Source: Macrostomum lignano (lineage: Eukaryota). Taken from it: a stretch of DNA of 43,562 bases. This document shows, one piece after another, positions 23,076 to 43,562 of the stretch (within the stretch, counting starts at the first letter, position 1; every line of letters begins with the position of its first letter). The stretch lies in NCBI GenBank assembly GCA_002269645.1, contig NIVC01004514.1, forward strand, positions 1-43,562, written 5' to 3'. The notes beneath the pieces are model-generated. The model saw only the letters and a list, made by a program, of their open reading frames with translations, was not told where the DNA came from and made no database searches. The translations under genes and the position numbers were made by a program.

Positions 23076-26074
23076 ATGGCTGGCAAGAGATTCCTTATTA
23101 AAGACGCCAACGAAGACGAATGGGCGCCATTGACTGATGATTTTTCAAAGCTGACCCTTGGAGCCGACCGTAATGTAGCATCGACTGGTCGCGGTGGTCG
23201 CTTTGGCAGCCGCGGAGGAGGCCGTGGCGGCTTCGGAGCCTCCGCTGATGATGGCACTGAAGGTGGCGGAGGTGGCTTCGGCAGCCGCGGTGATGGCGGA
23301 TTCGGCAGTCGTAGAGGAGGCCGTGGCGGCTTCGGAGCCTCCGATGATGATGGCGCTGATGGTGGCGGAGGTGGCTTCGGCAGCCGCGGTGATGGCGGAT
23401 TCGGCAGCGTAGAGGAGGCCGTGGCGGCTTCGGAGCCTCCGATGATGATGGCGCTGATGGTGGCGGAGGTGGCTTCGGCAGCCGCGGTGATGGCGGATTC
23501 GGCAGTCGTAGAGGAGGCCGTGGCGGCTTCGGAGCCCATGCTGATGATGGCACTGAAGGTGGCGGAGGTGGCTTCGGCAGCCGCGGTGATGGCGGATTCG
23601 GCAGTCGTAGAGGAGGCCGTGGCGGCTTCGGAGCCCATGCTGATGATGGCACTGAAGGTGGCGGAGGTGGCTTCGGCAGCCGCGGTGGTGGTGGTGGCTT
23701 CAGCAGCCGCGGTGGTGGTGGTGGCTTCAGCAGCCGCGGTGGTGGTGGTGGCTTCAGCAGCCGCGGTGGTGGTGGCTTCTGCAGTCGTGGAGGAGGTCGA
23801 GGTGGCTTTGGAGCCTTCGTTGATGATGGCACTGATGGTGGTGGAGGTGGCTTCGGCAGTCGCGGTGGTGGCTTTGGCAGCCGCGGAGGAGGCCGTGGCG
23901 GCTTCGGAGCCTCCGCTGATGATGGCGCTGAAGGTGGCGGAGGTGGCTTCGGCAGCCGCGGTGATGGCGAATTCGGCAGTCGTAGAGGAGGCCGTGGCGG
24001 CTTCGGAGCCCATGCTGATGATGGCACTGAAGGTGGCGGAGATGGCTTCGGCAGCCGCGGTGGTGGTGGCTTCTGCAGTCGTGGAGGAGTTCGAGGTGGC
24101 TTTGGAGCCTCCGTTGATGATGGCGCTGATGGTGGCGGAGGTGGCTTCGGCAGCCGCGGTGGTGGCTTTGGCAGCCGCGGAGGAGGCCGAGGTGGCTTCG
24201 GAGCCTCCGCTGATGATGGCGCTGGAGGCGGCGGTGGCGGTTCTGTCTGCTACAAGTGCAAACAAAGCGGCCATTTTGCTCGCGAATGTCCGAACGCGGA
24301 CGCATGTGCCTGCTTTCGCTGTAAGGAGACGGGCCACATCTCTGCCGACTGCCCGAATGTCGCCGCCGGTGATACTTCCGGTGCCTCGACTGCTCACGTG
24401 CCTGAGGAGTCTCAGCTAGACGAGATTTATAGCCGGACCGTCCACACGGGCATCAATTTCGACAAGTACGAGCAAATCAACGTAGAGGTGTCGGGCACCG
24501 ACAAGCCGGGCTATCTGACCAGCTTCGATGCCATCGGGCTGCCCAGCGTGATGCTGGATAACATTCTCCGCAAGTACAACTACAACAAGCTCACGCCGGT
24601 GCAGAAGTACGGCATCCCCATCATCCTCAAGGGAAGAGATCTGATGGCCTGCGCCCAGACGGGCTCTGGCAAGACTGCGGCCTTTTTGCTGCCTCTGGCA
24701 AAGATGATCGCCGAGCTGGACACCAACGATTCTACTGTTGCTCAGTACACCACCTACCCGGTCGCTCTTATACTGACTCCTACCCGAGAGCTGTGCAATC
24801 AAATTTATGATTTCGCTAGGTAAGCTTTTCAACTTTCTGTTCGTCCTGACAGAGACCAAGTGCCAGGGTAAATGAGTAAGTGTCAAACCGGCATTTTAGG
24901 GTCAATCGATATAAACGGTACTAAATGCAGAATTAAAAGTACTCGTACGTAATTATTAATAGGTAAAATTCGTGCTTTTTGGGATTGTATTTAAAGCGAT
25001 GCTATAGCGATAGCTCTTCGTCTCATTCCTTCTGTCAGGGGATTTCTGGCTGGCACCAATATTCGCGTCAAGCGCGTCTACGGCGGTCCCAAGACCGACT
25101 ACTTGCGCGCGGAACTGGCCAACGGCTGCCACATTCTGGTGGCCACTCCCGGCCGGCTGAAAGACTTCGCCGAGAGGAACATTGTCAGTCTGAGCAAGAC
25201 CCGCTTCCTTGTGCTTGACGAGGCCGACCAGATGCTTGACAGGGGCTTCCTGGACTCGGTGACTTGGACGCTGGAGCAGATGCCTTCTGACAGGCAGATT
25301 GTGATGTTCTCGGCTACCTTCCCTGGTCCGATTCAAGCTTTGGCTCAGCAGTACCTGCAGAACTATTTGTACCTGACTGTGGGTCAGGTGGGCGCAGCCA
25401 ATCCCGACGTGACTCAGGAAGTTCGCGAGGTGCAGCAGGACGACAAGCAGGCCGCTCTGATTGAAATTCTCAAGCATTGGCGCAGCGACCCCAGCCAGGC
25501 GGACGATCGCATTCTGATCTTTGTTGAGTCAAAGCGCAAAGCCGACTATGTCGGCCTCATGCTATCTGACGGCGGCTTCCCGTGCACCACAATTCACGGG
25601 GACCGGCTGCAGCGCGAAAGAGAAATCTCCCTGCGCTCGTTCCAGCGTGGCAGGCTGCCGATTATGGTCGCCACAAACGTGTCCGCTCGCGGCGTCGACA
25701 TCAACGGAATCGAGCTGGTGATCAACATGGACCTGCCGAATGACTTCGACATGTACGTGCATCGCATTGGTCGCACAGGTCGCTGTGGCAACCCGGGAAA
25801 GTCGATCTCGTTTTACGACCACAGACGCGACTCGGCCCTCGCTCTCAAGTTGCGCCAGAATCTGGAGAAGTCCGGTCAGTCCGTGCCAGACTGGCTCGAC
25901 GTTTACGCGGACCAGTCCGGCGGCGGCGGCTTCGTAGGCGGCAATCGCGACATGAGGCGCGGCGTCGCCAGAGACCGGTTTCGCGAGCAGCCCGACGAGG
26001 GCGACTTCGCCGAGAGGATGTTCCGTGCCAACCCGGTGGCTACACAGCCGGTCATCGCTGACGATTGGGATTGA
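23076..26074 (+). CDS. vasa: Vasa/DDX4-type helicase, copy 3; join(23076..24819,25039..26074); one 1-nt deletion at ~23408; ~926 aa if corrected
   Basis: MAGKR...EDEW start preceded by an acceptor-like AACAG. RGG repeats, 2 CCHC knuckles (24248-24355), all helicase motifs, ends ADDWD. The frame from 23411 is open to the donor at 24820. 219-bp phase-2 intron. AATAAA at 26099-26104. Confidence 0.8.
23195..24230 (+). repeat. Coding RGG/FG tandem repeat of vasa copy 3
   Basis: Same unit family as in copy 2, with variants [18 protein letters not shown] and a run of FSSRGGGGG. Confidence 0.9.
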
Positions 26075-26508
26075 GTTTGTCTGGCTTGTTTTGCCAATAA
26101 TAAACTGAAACTTCCGGTTTGCTGATTTGCATTTTTTCTCTTTGCCAAATCATCTTTTACTCGTAAGTTCTTCTAGACCCATTTACGTTTGTAATTATTG
26201 CCAGGCTTTGGCCTAACTTACTTGCGTTGTTAATTTTTTCTAATCGGTAAAATCACAGATTTGATTTAAAATCTGATTTGAGGAGCACGAGCATAGAAAT
26301 TTAATAGGCTATCCCAAAGATCATATATACACAAGATGGGCCACTCATTTTAACCGCTTATGTGGCCATGGAAGCTAATGTAAAAAATTCTGCAACTCGC
26401 GACAGCGCGAATATCAACTACTGAACTCAATTTTGTCAGTAGTTTCTGCAGTGAATGCATCATTCTTAGTTTGATGGAGTAGCTATACCACAGATACTAG
26501 AATAGCTA

Positions 26509-26926
26509 GATGGGCCACTCAGCACATTTGCTTGTAAGCTACTTTCAGTTCAGTAGCAAGTTAAACAGAAGCATTTTAATACATTTTTAAAGCCTAAAAT
26601 TGGCTCAATTGGCTCTTACCCCCCAAGCTTAAACCCTCCAGCCGCGCCTTTCCACACTACCCCCGCCCCGTCCCAGCCTAAATTTTATTGCCTTTCTCGG
26701 AATTCCAGCCTAAAGCTGCCATGTACATTTCAGTGGACTGGCTAATGTACATTACTGCTGAACCAATTAGCAAGTTGTTTACGCCTGCAAGCTTTGGGCT
26801 TCTGAACTTATCAAAGTTATTTCAGCTGCCTTTATTTCTAAAAAAATAGCTTATATATTCTTCTTTGCTACTGAACTGAAAGTAGAAAGTGTTTTTACTA
26901 AGCATACATGCTTTTAGTGACCCATC
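26509..26926. mobile_element. MITE-like element, copy B, 418 bp, TA-flanked
   Basis: TA-GATGGGCCACT...AGTGACCCATC-TA ends (1 mismatch). Perfect 21-bp subterminal inverted repeat (26539-26559 and 26865-26885). No coding capacity. A second copy lies at 11941-12319. Confidence 0.72.
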
Positions 26927-27220
26927 TAGTCATTGTAGAATCTGTGGGTGTACCATGTCAGCTGTGCGCCGAACAGTAAACCATTTATTTATAGTGTATG
27001 CTAAATATAAGTTTTTAACACAACACTTCACGCCATTCTTAGGTGGGAGGATCGATCGGTTTCACCATTACTTGCCTGTCCCAGCTGCTGTTGCTGCATA
27101 AATTAATTAAGGAGTTGTTTGGCATCAACAATTCCTGGAATAGTGTCCAAGTTAAAAGAATAGTTGAAAAAAAAGTGTTTTGCTTTGCTTGTATGCAATT
27201 CAGTCCGGCAAATGGCGGTA

Positions 27221-27912
27221 AAATGTCACTGGCAGTTAAATGTTACTGGCAGTCAAATGTCACTGGCAGTCAAATGACACTGGCAGTCAAATGTCACTGG
27301 CAGTCAAATGTCACAGGCAGTCAAATTGTCACTGGCAGTCAAATTGTCACTGGCAGTCAAATGTCACTGGCAGTCAACTTGTCACTGGCAGTCAAATTGT
27401 CACTGGCAGTCAAATGTCACTGGCAGTCAACTTGTCACTGGCAGTCAAATGACACTGGCAGTCAACTTGTCACTGGCAGTCAATTGTCACTGGCAGTCAA
27501 TTGTCACTGGCAGTCAAATTTCACTGGCAGTCAAATGTCACTGGCAGTCAAATGTCACTGACGGTCAAAATGTCACTGGCAATCAAATGTCACTCGGAGT
27601 CAAATGACACTGGCAGTCAAATGTCACTGACGGTCAAAATGTCACTGGCAGTCAAATGTCACTGGCAGTCAACTTGTCACTGGCAGTCAAATGACACTGG
27701 CAGTCAACTTGTCACTGGCAGTCAATTGTCACTGGCAGTCAATTGTCACTGGCAGTCAAATTTCACTGGCAGTCAAATGTCACTGGCAGTCAAATGTCAC
27801 TGACGGTCAAAATGTCACTGGCAGTCAAATGTCAATCGGAGTCAAATGACACTGGCAGTCAAATGTCACTGACGGTCAAAATGTCACTGGCAGTCAAATG
27901 TCACTGGCAGTC
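27221..27912. repeat. Minisatellite, ~17-bp unit CAAATGTCACTGGCAGT, ~40 copies
   Basis: Directly visible. Includes a 242-bp higher-order duplication (27501 versus 27743). Confidence 0.95.
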
Positions 27913-28202
27913 ATTACTGCAAATGACGGCTTCCCCTCGATACAAGCAAGCAAAACTTGCATTGCTCATTTTCATTAATCCCTTCATAGTGCATGCATTA
28001 CGTAGCCCAATTGAAACAAAGTGCACACCGATCTGACAAAATAAGAAGTCAGTAATCACAAGAGGGCGTATCAGGGCTGCTTTGTGTTGCATGTAGACGC
28101 AGTGGAAATCAGTATTATAAGGAACTTTCCTAGTAGCAAATTCAATAATTATTGATTGATGCGACATGGCCAGTTGGAATTGCATACTGTACTATCTAGA
28201 CA

Positions 28203-42880
<14,678 letters not shown>

Positions 42881-42949
42881 CTGAGCAGATTTTGGACAAA
42901 GAGTTGGCTTGTCACTACGTGTAGAATTTGCTGTTGGGCTCAGAGGAGC

Positions 42950-43562
42950 TACAGAGAAGGCGCCAGATGCAGAGGTGGCGCCAGATGCAGAGGAGGCGCC
43001 AGATGCAGAGGAGGCGCCAGATACAGAGGAGGCGCCAGATGCAGAGGAGGCGCCAGATGCAGAGGAGGCGCCAGATGCAGAGGAGGCGCCAGATGCAGAG
43101 GAGGCGCCAGATGCAGAGGAGGCGCCAGGAGGCGCCAGATACAGAGGAGGCGCCAGATGCAGAGGAGGCGCCAGATGCAGAGGAGGCGCCAGATGCAGAG
43201 GAGGCGCCATGTGCAGAGGAGGCGCCAGATGCAGAGGAGGCGCCAGATGCAGAGATGGCGCGGTCGCCAAGCTACAGTGGAGGCGCCAGATGCAGAGGAG
43301 ACGCCAAGCTACAGAGAGGGCGCCAGATGCAGAGGAGGCGCCATGTGCAGAGGAGGCGCCAGATGCAGAGGAGGCGCCAGATACAGAGGAGGCGCCAGAT
43401 GCAGAGGAGGCGCCAGATGCAGAGGAGGCGCCAGATGCAGAGGAGGCGCCAGATGCAGAGGAGGCGCCAATGCAGAGGAGGCGCCAGATACAGAGGAGGC
43501 GCCAGATGCAGAGGAGGCGCCAGATGCAGAGGAGGCGCCATGTGCAGAGGAGGCGCCAGATG
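42950..43562. repeat. Minisatellite, 18-bp unit GCAGAGGAGGCGCCAGAT, >30 copies, running off the window end (probably NMDAR intron)
   Basis: Directly visible. Confidence 0.96.

Noticed and set aside
6851-26074. Assignment of the helicases to PL10/Belle/DDX3 rather than Vasa
   Set aside because: CCHC knuckles, a long RGG/FG N-terminus, an N-terminal DEW and an acidic C-terminal W-D end are Vasa features. The DDX3-type Ser/Gly-rich DWW tail is absent. A phylogeny would be the formal test.
27043-28036. ORFs across the 17-bp array, and those at 35203-35650, 36300-36987, 38469-39215, 39565-40056, 40222-40566 and 42875-43541
   Set aside because: Translations of tandem repeats. Where real coding sequence is included, it is only the overlapping NMDAR exon.

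Overview
This is eukaryotic (metazoan) genomic DNA with GT-AG introns. An invertebrate source such as the flatworm Macrostomum is an inference from gene content and repeat-filled introns, not shown. The window opens with a ~3.4 kb AT-rich block almost free of CpG that ends in a tRNA-derived SINE-like insert. Four + strand genes follow: an intact 3-exon Ran, then a tandem array of three Vasa/DDX4-type DEAD-box helicase genes. The three vasa copies have very different RGG/CCHC N-termini but patchwork-identical helicase cores. Copies 2 and 3 each carry one single-base deletion in the RGG repeat. The copy-2 intron holds a full-length decayed mariner and a probable hAT relic, and two inverted copies of a MITE bracket copies 2 and 3. 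The right third is the 3' part of a minus-strand invertebrate NR2-type NMDA receptor gene: 10 phase-consistent exons ending in a PDZ ligand (ESAL). It has Gly at the pore N-site, and nearly every intron carries its own tandem array. Several of these arrays consist of splice-signal sequence: 15 decoy copies of an acceptor/exon junction, and a (CTGA)n(CTAA)n branch-point-like microsatellite. Coordinates and counts were read by eye; no database searches were run.
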